DNA from: Antedon mediterranea
Lineage: Eukaryota; Animalia; Echinodermata
Assembly: GCF_964355755.1 (NCBI RefSeq)
Contig: NC_092672.1
Span: 37,206,437-37,270,436, forward strand
Direction: 5' to 3'
DNA length: 64,000 nt
In this document: positions 1-11,100 of the stretch, piece by piece
Layout: each line of letters begins with the position of its first letter
Numbering within the stretch: the stretch's first letter is position 1
The notes under the pieces: generated by a model
The model's database searches: none
What the model was told of the DNA's origin: nothing
Seen by the model: the letters and a program-made list of their open reading frames with translations, nothing else
Translations under genes and position numbers: made by a program

Positions 1-309
1 GGAAGTGTAGACGATGGGTCTCGGAATGAAGGTTTTAGAAGGACGTTCTGGCCTGGACGTTTCCGGTTATTGTAATGCTTGATATTCGTAAAACTAAACC
101 TACTACTAACCTGTTTTACAGTATTTTAGTTGATTAATACCATTTTAACGTAAAGTGTTAGGGCCCTTATAGGGTGGAGGTGGGGATGCGGAGTTAATTT
201 GAGGGAGGTGCTTATTCAAGGGATACGTTTAATTTTTTAGTTTTAATAATATAATAACATTTATAAATAACTTTAAGTAACTTTGTGTAAAACACACATT
301 TTTTTTCAA

Positions 310-630
310 CAGAAAGCTAGCGCCTGATATAAATTAAACTTTTGCAAAGTTTCAATTTAAAATGTTATTTGGTTTTTGACCTATGTTAAATACGAGAAAA
401 TCGTTAAATCGCGCGTAAATCACGTTGCGCAACTCTAACGTCATTCACAATAGGAGGTGCACAATTTCACGTAAATGCCCACATGTTGACATCAAAACAG
501 TTCAAAAAGTACAGAAAAGCGATAAAACGCATAGTGATACCGGACCGACAGACAGACAGAGAGACCAACAGACCGACAGACAGACCGACCGACCGATCGA
601 CCGACATATTGAACTATAGAGTCGACTAAA
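310..630 (-). mobile_element. Possible non-autonomous Helentron/DINE-like element with (GACA/GACC)n tract
   Basis: gacagacaga/gaccgacc tract 545-605 followed by tatagagtcgactaaaaa, as in DINE/HINE-type repeats; ends not firmly defined. Confidence 0.35.
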
Positions 631-717
631 AATAGAAAGTAATATAAATAAATATAATTATAAATAAATATTTAATAACATAGCCTGATATATATTTGAA
701 ATTTATCTTCTGCTTAC

Positions 718-3700
718 CCTCCTCACTTTCGGGAACCAGTTCATCATCCGTAGGGCCATTTAAACCTAGAATATATTGATAAAATAAAGTAAAGTTAGAT
801 TTATTATTATCATGTTTATACAAACAAGGACCATGTTTTAGTATAGCATTTATTTGGTATTCAGGGCTCGATATTTCACTAGTCCGGCGTACAATGTCTA
901 GTTCAAACTGCTCTGGGTTAGTAAATCATCCGTCCGTCAAGCCCGGTCTAGTGTGTAAATAATTAAGCAAGAGACTAGAGGCCTAGACTTTCAAAATGCA
1001 TTATTAAAATACAGGCTGAAACATACGGGGCGCCGTTCTGGACATTCCCAATTTTGACGACAAAATAAAATTATGTAACACTGACATTGATTCTATTTGG
1101 ACATAACAAATTCTGTACAGACATAATTAACTTTTATCATAATTATTTAGTTACGCACATAATTGTTAATTATGTTTAATTTTGTCTCTTAAAAAAATAT
1201 TTATGTTTTTTTGTAAAAGACATAGGCCTAATTGATTATATTGTGAACAGAATTTCGTTTAATGCACAGAATTAATTATTATTAATTATGTGTCGACAGA
1301 ATTCATTCTGTAGACAAAATTATTTTCCATGAATTCATTCTGTGTCGACCATGATAATTCCGTGTAGACAAAATTGATTTTTTTAGAATAAAATAATAAA
1401 AAGTAAAAAAATACATAAAAAGTAAGAAAGATATAAAAAAATTGTCGCTTCACTATGGTTAATTATTACAGTTTACCAGTACTGAATTTTTTATTTGTAT
1501 TTTATCATCAATTCTTGTGTATATTCATGTTGTATATTTATTTGTAATCAAGGGTAAAGAAGATGAAACAAGAATCGACTTCTAATCTTGATTCTAATAT
1601 TCATATTCGTATATTTTTTTTCTCTTGTTTGCTTTTCTGTTTTGTATTGTTATTTAAACCAATTATGAATAAATGTTGTATTGATTGAAATTGATCGAAA
1701 TTACCGTTAGGTATACAATCTCGTTTACATTCGTCTTTTGTGGGGAATCTGTTACCGGTATCCATCATTTGACAGGACCTGGTTCTAAATGGGAGACACA
1801 AGCCTCTGTCTGTATGATAGTACCATTCGAGCCCACCACCATCACAATCAGGATCAAGTGATGTACCATTATGGCTGTCTGGTACTGGTTGGTAGCAGCG
1901 ACCGTTACAGGTTGTACTGCAATTTTCCCTCGAAACAAACCGGTTACCGTTACCTCCACTACCTCTGTATTTAAGTGGTTTACACGTCATAGTGCCATTG
2001 TCATAATACCTACATAAAAAAGAAGAAAAATGTTTATAGAAGCATCCAGTATAACGAATTGTCTATGCAATTACAAAATAATAATAATCACATTTAAAGA
2101 TGTATTGTTCACATGACAAAAAAAGATGAATAACATTTTTAGATCATTTTTTAGTTTTAATAAAGGTACCTAAAAAATGTGATGCAGTGTTGATAAAAAA
2201 ACATTCATGATAATGGGCTTTCGTTTCTTCCTTAAATTAAGGTTTTATCAAATCAATAACTATTATGTGAAATTAAAATTGCCTATTTAACAAAAATGTT
2301 TACACATTATTTAAAAAAGACAATATATTGTTAATAATTATACTTATCTAATTGAAAAAGTCATTTGTTATGATCCATTTGTTTCAGACCTAAATGTACA
2401 TTCACCATTGAAATTGGTTAGCGTGTAACATCAGAAAATAGATAAATATTATGTACTTTATGACCAAAGTAAAAATGCAAAACATACCATCTATGGTGTG
2501 TTAATGGTCCATCACCATGGTCTTTTGGTAGTGCACATACTAAACGAAAACAATATTAGGAAGTCAATATTATGTTTCGTTTTTAGAACGTTATTCACAA
2601 TCCTTTAGTGAGTTTGTCATGAACCACAGAACATTGTAATAGTAGGTTATTATTCGAGTTTGAAATAATGGAAAATGGTAGCTTAATAGTAGCCTCCCGT
2701 AAATAGTTATGTCGTAATTTACCTTCCTTATCGGTATTGGATTCTGTAGGAGGCCGATCAGAACCTGAAAGAAAATAACGTTTGTTTGGTATATTTAATG
2801 TATTTCCATGCTGTGATGATATTTATTACCATTTTTTTTATATTTTACCTTGTTTTGCTGTACACTAGTAATAATTATAACCCCTAAATACATTTCTGTC
2901 ATTTGTTTGGACGATTGCGGGTCACATGATAAAGAAATAAGTAAAATCGAGTATTCGGTTTATAAACAGCTTACCTGGGCACGGATCTCGTACACATATT
3001 CCATTTTCTTTCCAGTCTCCGCGGCAGTATAAACCTCCATTTTGAGGTCTTGGTGCGTTGCAAGCACGGTCACGTGTTTTGGTTCCCCTACCACATGTTA
3101 CGGTACAGCTCCAGGGAGACCACTCGCCCCATCCTCCATTTACTATGGAAATAAGAAAATATGAAAATTGTTATCGTCTAAATGTGTGTTTTTAGAATAC
3201 TTATAATGCATGCATAGCAAATCGAGTATTTTGGTTTAAACAGCTTACCTGGGCACGGATCTCGAACACATATTCCATTTTCTTTCCAGTCTCCGCGGCA
3301 GTATAAACCTCCATTTTGAGGTCTTGGTGCGTTGCAAGCACGATCACGTGTTTTGGTTCCCCTACCACATGTTACGGTACAGCTCCAGGGAGACCACTCG
3401 CCCCATCCTCCATTTACTATGGAAATAAGAAAATATGAAAATTGTTATCGTCTAAATGTGTGTTTTTAGAATACTTATAATGCATGCATAGCAAATCGAG
3501 TATTTCGGTTTAAACAGCTTACCTGGGCACGGATCTCGAACACATATTCCATTTTCTTTCCAGTCTCCGCGGCAGTATAAACCTCCATTTTGAGGTCTTG
3601 GTGCGTTGCAAGCACGATCACGTGTTTTGGTTCCCCTACCACATGTTACGGTACAGCTCCAGGGAGACCACTCGTTCCATCCTCCATTTACTATGGAAAT

Positions 3701-6700
3701 AAGAAAATATGAAAATTGTTATCGTCTAAATGTGTGTTTTTAGAATACTTATAATGCATGCATAGCAAATCGAGTATTTCGGTTTAAACAGCTTACCTAC
3801 TGGGCACGGATCTCGTACACATATTCCATTTTCTTTCCAGTCTCCGCGGCAGTATAAACCTCCATTTTGAGGTCTTGGTGCGTTGCAAGCACGATCACGT
3901 GTTTTGGTTCCGCTACCACATGTTACGGTACAGCTCCAGGGAGACCACTCGCCCCATCCTCCATTTACTATGGAAATAAGAAAATATGAAAATTGATATC
4001 GTCTAAATGTTACGGTACAGCGTCAGGGAGACCACTGACTCCACCCTCTATCAATTTTACCTGAAAACAATTGTTCAACGCCAATGTTTTTTTTTTGTTC
4101 GTTAAATTACAGTTTTTTTAGGTAAACATTTTTGGTCAAAGTGAACTATTATGACATTAAAAAAAGAAAGAGAAGAAAAAACAAAAAAGATTTAAAACAA
4201 TTATTTAGACAAGAATAAAATATTTCCTCTTCCAAGGTATCCCAACAAAAATATATCTTAAGGTTCTTATGAGACTGATACAAACTATATCAGAATCCCG
4301 AAGATTAAATATTTAAGAAATCGAACGGAATCCGTCCCCATTGAAATCCTGATATCATTTTTAGAACGAAACTAAAGATTGAGAAGTTTCTGTTGGAGTC
4401 TCTGTTTTCGACACCCCAACTAAAACGTACGTTTAATTATGTTAAGGGGCTTTCTGGCGCGAAAAAAAAAATAAATGGAATGCAATGGCGGCTCTGTGGC
4501 TGGCCAGCAGGCAGTCGTTGAATTGATTATGGATCAAAAATAGTGAATATAAATTATTGCTGTTTAATAACATAAAGATGATATTACTGATTAAGATAAT
4601 GAACTTTATTTAAAATGTATCTTTTGCTTACCTCTATTTGGTTTAGGCATTGGAAAAACAAAATGCCCGCCTATAGTTGATAAAATAAAAGTAAATTTAG
4701 ATTTATAATATAATATGTTTATAAACAATGGCCATGTTTTAATATAAAATTCATTTCAGTATTGATACAACTGATAATGATTTAGTATCATTTTATGTTT
4801 CAGTGAAAGACACCTGTAGGAACTTCACATACATAATATTTGCGTGTGTGCGCTCAGCGCATAGAAGTTATGCAAATTACTGTTGTAAATATAGCGAACG
4901 CGCAACGATCGGTCTCTCTCTCTCTGCGTCAAGTTTTCAACGAGAAGACATCGACATTTTTATGAGCAAACCATTGCGAGTTTTAGTACAAGTTTTACGA
5001 TAATTAGTTGTTCTAATTATTAGCATTATTACATTTCGATATTAGCGTTATAACTTTACTTCATATTTTATTACGTGTTACTGTATGTTATCGTGTTTCA
5101 ATTATTGTACCGTTGTATATCGTCCTGAACTGGCCTAGGCTTTACACTGCGCACGTACTACGCGCTTCGTGTGAATATTGTGACTGCTACACTCTGTGCA
5201 TAGTTTATTTACTTCGAGCCTAGGATTCTTCCAGCTTTGGACATCGTTCGACTGCTACAGAACTCCATTACCGTATTCTAAATAGGGTAAGTAAAGACCG
5301 AATTACTTATTTCCTAAAGTGGTGACCCCGACGTGATTCGTACGGACCTAGTGGAGTATTCATCTGTATATTTGTAACATTTGTATTATTAATTAGCGAT
5401 ACTCGGCCTAACTAAGCCTATCCTGTATACGAGGGAGCAAACAGCATTGATCGTACTACTCGCCTATATTATAACATAGTACTACAACTATTTTTGAAAA
5501 CATTTCTGATACACAGTTTACGTTTAATTATAATAAGCTAGAACAATTATTAATTTTTGGAGGCTAAAATGGAAGAACCTCCTCCAGCCGAAGCAGCAGT
5601 TGCTGTGGATCAAGCGTGAGGTAATGCTGGAGTACCAGTCGCTACGCAACGCGCAGTACCTTTTAGCGGCATTTACGCTCAAGCTACCGCCATTTTGGGC
5701 TAACTATCCCGCGATATGGTTTGCCCAAGTAGAAGCGCAGTTTGCAACTCGCAATATTACCACGGAAGCTACGAAATTTGCCTATATCGTGGCGTCGTTG
5801 CAGCCTTCGATCGTCCAGGAGGTACGTAATCTGCTATTCTTAGTTCCTCCTGCTGAGGGTCCATACAGCAAGTTAAAGGAAGAGTTAATTAAGCGGACCT
5901 CCGATTCGGAGAAGAAACGGTTACACACCAACTACTAACTACGGAGGAATTGGGTGACAGAAAACCAACACAATTATTGCGCAAAATGTATCAGTTGTTA
6001 GGCAGCCGCACATTAGAAGATTCGATCTTGAAACAGTTGTTCATTCAGCGATTGCCCAATAGTGTGCAACTGATTTTAGCTGCAACGGACGGAAACGTTA
6101 CCGTCGCTCAGATAGCGGAATTAGCCGACAGAATTTTAGAGGTATCTCCCAGCCCACTCAGAGTAGCCGCAATCTCTAACCCGACAGTTGCTAACGCCGA
6201 CCGAAACGAAATTCAAACGCTACGAGCTGAAATTAACAAGTTGACCGCTATGGTATCATCCTTGGCAAACGATCAACATCGAGATAAGAGCAGGAGCAGA
6301 AGCCGAAATCGGAACCGTTCTTCAAGGCAGCACGTAGATGCCGGTCGCCATGCAGTTTTCCAACTTCGGAAAACTCCAAAGCCGGCGAATAACTGCGACG
6401 AATTCGTGCGGCACCGTTTCTGATAGTCGCTTATTTCACATTTATGATAGAGATACTGGACTAAAGTTTTTAGTAGATACGGGAGCCGAGATTAGCGTCC
6501 TTCCTGCAACAAAACAAGACCGTCAACTTCGAAAAAGTTATTTTGTTTTGCAAGCAGTAAACAACTCTCAAATCAACACCTATGGTGAACGATCATTACC
6601 ACTTGATTTTGGTTTTAGGCGGACATGCAGATGGGTGTTTACTAAAGCCGATGTTCCTTCAGCAATTATCGGCGCAGACTTTTTGCAACATTTTGGTTTA

Positions 6701-7441
6701 TTGGTCGATGTTAAACACCGCAAGTTAATTGATTCTACTACTAATTTAAGTGTGCAGGGTACCGCATCTAAGCTTTGCTCGCTTAGTCCTGTTTGCCTCG
6801 ACCTGTGATTGATTCACGTTACGAATCAATAATAGGCAGATACTTTCCCAAAAGCACACGTCCGAGTTTCAAAGAGGCCAAACTAAAGCATGATGTCACT
6901 CATCGTATAACTACCAAAGGTCCATCGATCGCTGCCCGACCTCGGAGATTGGCTCCACAGAAACTTAAAATCGAATAATGCCCAGCTGAAGCACTCAGCT
7001 CGTGCGATTTTAAGTTTCTGTGGAGCCAATTTCCGAGGTTCTTATGAGACTGATACAAACTATATCAGAATCCCGAAGATTAAATATTTAAGAAATCGAA
7101 CGGAATCCGTCCCCATTGAAATCCTGATATCATTTTTAGAACGAAACTAAAGATTGAGAAGTTTCTGTTGGAGTCTCTGTTTTCGACACCCAAACTAAAA
7201 CGTACGTTTAATTATGTTAAGGGGCTTTCTGGCGCGAAAAAAAAAATGGAATGCAATGGCGGCTCTGTGGCTGGCCAGCAGGCAGTCGTTGAATTGATTA
7301 TGGATCAAAAATAGTGAATATAAATTATTGCTGTTTAATAACATAAAGATGATATTACTGATTAAGATAATGAACTTTATTTAAAACGTATCTTTTGCTT
7401 ACCTCTATCTGGTTTAGGCATTGGAACAGCAAAAGGCCCGC
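718..7441 (-). CDS. Multi-exon extracellular-type protein with TSP1 repeats and Kunitz/BPTI domains (partial model; start and end not identified)
   Basis: AG/GT-bounded, phase-compatible exons on the minus strand: 7441-7403 and/or 4670-4632 (39 bp), four TSP1 exons (3967-3797, 3690-3523, 3416-3249, 3142-2975), 2764-2723 (SDRPPTESNTDKE), 2539-2488 (VCALPKDHGDGPLTHHRW), 2009-1705 (Kunitz), 765-718 (GLNGPTDDELVPESEE). Confidence 0.75.
1705..2539 (-). CDS. Kunitz domain exons (2539-2488 and 2009-1705), two Kunitz-like domains
   Basis: Spliced translation CALPKDHGDGPLTHHRWYYDNGTMTCKPLKYRGSGGNGNRFVSRENCSTTC, then CYQPVP...WYYHTDRGLCLPF...GNRFPTKDECKRDC; Kunitz WYY and GNxNRF..xC..xC motifs; phase-2 junction TG|G gives W. 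Confidence 0.88.
2944..4010. repeat. 274-bp tandem repeat, ~4 copies (TSP1 exon plus intron)
   Basis: Near-identical units with exon starts at 2975, 3249, 3523, 3797. Confidence 0.95.
2975..3967 (-). CDS. Four tandem thrombospondin type-1 (TSP1) exons
   Basis: Each 168-bp exon (171 bp for 3797-3967), phase 1-1, reads VNGGWGEWSPWSCTVTCGRGTKTRDRACNAPRPQNGGLYCRGDWKENGICVRDPCP; WxxWxxW, CTVTCG and RxRxC motifs; tag| acceptors and |gtaag donors. Confidence 0.9.
4008..4060 (-). pseudogene. Truncated, diverged fifth TSP1 exon remnant
   Basis: ttttcag| followed by KIDRGWSQWSP*RCTVT, with an in-frame TGA, then fused to the repeat intron. Confidence 0.65.
4815..5318 (+). repeat. 5' LTR
   Basis: Imperfect terminal inverted ends TGTAGGAA/TTCCTAAA; directly followed by PBS; near-identical to 7586-8101. 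Confidence 0.88.
5320..5337 (+). promoter_or_regulatory. Primer binding site complementary to tRNA-Trp 3' end
   Basis: TGGTGACCCCGACGTGAT, the reverse complement of the eukaryotic tRNA-Trp 3' end ...ATCACGTCGGGGTCACCA, 1 nt after the LTR. Confidence 0.9.
5569..6392 (+). pseudogene. gag: Degenerate gag
   Basis: ATG at 5569; frameshifted pieces in ORFs 5600-5938 and 5950-6423 (KLPPFW, LGDRKPTQLLRKM, QLFIQRLP, RS-rich tract); only the C-terminal CRSPC half of the zinc knuckle remains. Confidence 0.85.
6338..6978 (+). pseudogene. pol: Retropepsin protease and RT N-terminal fragment of pol
   Basis: LVDTGAEISVLP active site, IIGADFL motif; frameshifted continuation HDVTHRITTKGPSIAARPRRLAPQKLKI. 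Confidence 0.88.
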
Positions 7442-8101
7442 CTATAGTTGATAAAATAAAAGTAAATTTAGATTTATAATATAATATGTTTATAAACAAT
7501 GGCCATGTTTTAATATAAAATTCATTTCAGTATTGATACAACTGATAATGATTTAGTATCATTTTATGTTTCAGTGAAAGACACCTGTAGGAACTTCACA
7601 CACATATTATTTGCGTGTGTGCGCTCAGCGCATAGAAGTTATGCAAATTACTGTTGTAAATATAGCGAACGCGCAACGATCGGTCTCTCTCTCCTCTGCG
7701 TCAAGTTTTCAACGAGAAGACATCGACATTTTTATGAGCAAACCATTGCGAGTTTTAGTACAAGTTTTACGATAATTAGTTGTTCTAATTATTTAGCATT
7801 ATTAAATTTCGATATTAGCGTTATAACTTTACTTCATATTTTATTACGTGTTACTGTATGTTATCGTGTTTCAATTATTGTACCGTTGTGTAATTATATA
7901 TATCGTCCTGAACTGGCCTAGGCTTTACACTGCGCACGTACTACGCGCTTCGTGTGAATATTGTGACTGCTACACTCTGTGCATAGTTTATTTACTTCGA
8001 GCCTAGGATTCTTCCAGCTTTGGACATCGTTCGACTGCTACAGAACTCCATTACCGTATTCTAAATAGGGTAAGTAAAGACCGAATTACTTATTTCCTAA
8101 A
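7036..8101 (+). repeat. Duplicate of 4261-5318 (host intron, 39-bp exon and LTR copy 7586-8101)
   Basis: Direct near-identity; the second LTR is preceded by host flank rather than by a polypurine tract. Confidence 0.92.
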
Positions 8102-11100
8102 CACATTCCCTACGTTTTTTAGATCTAATTTAAGATCACCAACTATATTTAAAGTAAAAATAATACTATATGGTCCTTTTGCGATAACTTTTTTCGTCTT
8201 TAAATGGTTAAAAATGTGAAAAATAAGTCGATTCTAATAATTATAGCGGCCCGCTATAAATCCCAAAATGCATTGCGCGCGGATTGATATTTTTGTTTTT
8301 CTTCTGTAATTCACCCACTTTTCGATCGATCGTGAGGCCAAAACAAATGGAAGAGTCCTAACTTTTAAGCGAAAATACCGGGTTTTCCCCAATTTGTATC
8401 AACAGAGTCTGGCAAAAATAGAAAGAAAATTAACGCAGCAACTATACAACGTCAGGCTAGGTATATAGCTAGCGTACGATGTTCGTACGTTACCGATGTT
8501 TACCAGCTAGGCCTACAAAACTAAGCCTAGCTATGCTAGTTAGGCCTACAAAACTAAGCCTAGCTAGGCTAGGCCTAAGACCGTCCACGAGAGGTCATTC
8601 GCCGCGAGCTACTTAGGTAGTGCATTGTTTTTCACTTTTTATCATAATTTACCATAAAACGTACATTTAAGACAAGGAATGACCTGGTTTAATGTTTTTA
8701 AAGTAATATATGTATTATTTTTACAAAACGTCACAAATTGTAGGGAAGGTGTCTTGTAATATCATTTTTATAATGATTGTCATTATTTTAAAGGGTTTTT
8801 GGAAGTGAATAACTTTATTAAAACTGCAAAATAACATTCAAATATAACAATCTTATTTTTCTTTTTTTTTAAACTTGAAATTGAACTGTATGTACCAACT
8901 TTCTATACAAATTCTATAAGTTACTCGCGATTTACTGAAATGTGGTGTGGTGTACGATCTATAACATTAATCACGCATTTGGTTCGTGCGAAGCATCATA
9001 CGAACGCGCATCCACTTCTTTCCGATTATAACGTGATAAACTAGAAATAAAAATGTTTGAGCGATTTGCCGATTTGTTGTAGTGAGAGTATTGTTTTGAG
9101 GGTCAAGAAATTCAATTTTGTTTTTCAAAATGGCCACCATGAAAATAGAAATTTTTGCTCATATCTCAGCTTCCACATCGCATATGGACGTGATTTATGT
9201 TTTGAGGGTCAAGGAACTCAATTACAGCATTTTTCGCGCCGCGGATAAGAAGCTTTTTCATCGCGGTAGCTATAGTGCTAAGGCCGACAGTTTTGCAAAT
9301 TTGTAAACTCGACTATAATTTATAGGTCCCAGCTGCTGGACCAAAGAAAACGTCTGGGAAAAAAAATCTATGAGGCTCACGGTTGAACGATTTCGGATTC
9401 TCGCCCTTTGATTGGTTTACGCGAATCAACAAACTGTGAATAATTTTCTCATTTGTACCACCGTGAAGTCAAGTTGTCACTAGAGGGTATTCAGTTGCAT
9501 GCCTACAGGTTGAGGTCACACACACAGCACATTAAAGTTCAAAATTGACCATTTTTAAATGCCATTTTTTAATTAGTTGATTAATATTTGTTGGCAAATA
9601 ATACTTTATGGCCACCATTTTTCACACAATCATTACAATTATAAAACTTTACACGGAGGTACCTTTTATGAGGGGTCAACAGTGTCAATTTATCATTATT
9701 TTAATAAAATAAAAGGACTTTTATTACCAGTGGTTTATTATTATTATTTGATCTTATTAAATTCCTTGTGGATACCAGATCCAGAAATGATCCCATAATT
9801 CAAAACCAGAAAGCTAAACAAAAGATCTAGTACTACCTTATTAAAAGACATTACGGTTTAATTTGGGTCTGCTAGTTAGATCTAGTTTTGTTTGCGTTAA
9901 TTATACATATACTTATATTATATAACATTATTAGTTGACCCTCAATGGAGTATTGCATTATTTATATAATAAAGTACTATAGTTGTTTAAGCCGTAATAA
10001 TTTTTTCTTTTACTTACTTCACTTCAGAAACATAATGAACAGATTTAATGACTTTCGGTTCGATAGCTGCATTGAGTCGACGTCGCTAATAATCATTTTT
10101 TTTTCATAAATTCCCCTTTTTCATTTATGGTCGTCACTAGATACCTGCATTCTTGAGAATTACGTGACGTTAACGACCGAGATTTATGACGTTGTTTTTT
10201 TGGTCTAAATTGTTTAAAATATTATCATTCCACCTTAAACAACATTTTTGATATACTTCCTATTATTTTATGCTTGAATTTTCCTAATACAGTTTATAAT
10301 ACCTATTAATATTATAAACAATACATTCACACTTGGCTGCGTCACCTCACATTATGATGATATTACCTCAATGCTATCATCCCATAGCATGTGATCAATA
10401 AAAGATGATTTTATTCAATGTAAATTCTGCGCTCATGTACCAACGTATACATCAAATGTTAAAAACTGTGAGTTTTTGTTTACAATCACACAATCGAAGT
10501 AAATGTAATATTATTCCTACCATGAAGACATTACAGTATAATATTATTGTATACGGAAGTGTTTGCGATTACTTCGACCGTTGGGCCTGCTAGTTAGTAG
10601 GCCTAGTACTCTAGTAGCCTAGAAATCATAGCTTTGCAGTTAGTGTAATGTATAGTGTATTTACAAAGTATTTACTTACTTGCACCGCCAACTGTCATCG
10701 TTCTTAAAATATATGTCAATAATATCCATAATGCCAGAAGGTCACTTATACAGAAAGATGAAAACATGCTGTATCGTTGTTCACAAATATTGATCTTCTT
10801 ATTACAAAGTGTAGCCTACAAGAAGTATTATAAGAAGAAGCAAGCAAGCTACACAAATTGGTGGCGCTATTTTATATAAAATAATACCGTAAAACCTCGA
10901 AAAAGAATCTCATGGGCTTCTTTTTTGTTTAGTAGTACTCTTGGGCTGGCTTCTTTTCAATATGGGCTTCTTTTCGAGATTGCTTTTGCAAACTAAAGAG
11001 GAGGACTTATTTTCGAAATGAATGCTGTAAATGTTGTGTAGGCCTATTGGTGATCAAAATACCATTTTTAAACTTATGATATAAACTTGACCATACATTA

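Larger units (their letters stand above)
4815..7039 (+). mobile_element. 3'-truncated Ty3/Gypsy LTR retrotransposon, CsRn1-clade-like
   Basis: LTR 4815-5318 (TGTAGGAA...TTCCTAAA), tRNA-Trp PBS, frameshifted gag with LKLPPFW...WFAQVEAQF, aspartic protease FLVDTGAEISVLP, start of RT (PRRLAPQKLKI); rest of pol missing. Confidence 0.9.

Noticed and set aside
4803-7921. ORFs 4803-5003 and 7574-7921
   Set aside because: Fall inside the LTR copies, differ by frameshifts and show no protein motif.
4815-8101. Ordinary two-LTR provirus with internal deletion
   Set aside because: The second LTR is preceded by 550 bp of duplicated host flank instead of a polypurine tract, so it comes from a duplication.
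8230-9320. Possible HINE-like element starting at palindrome ttatagcggcccgctataa
   Set aside because: A matching subterminal repeat and end hairpin could not be defined with confidence.
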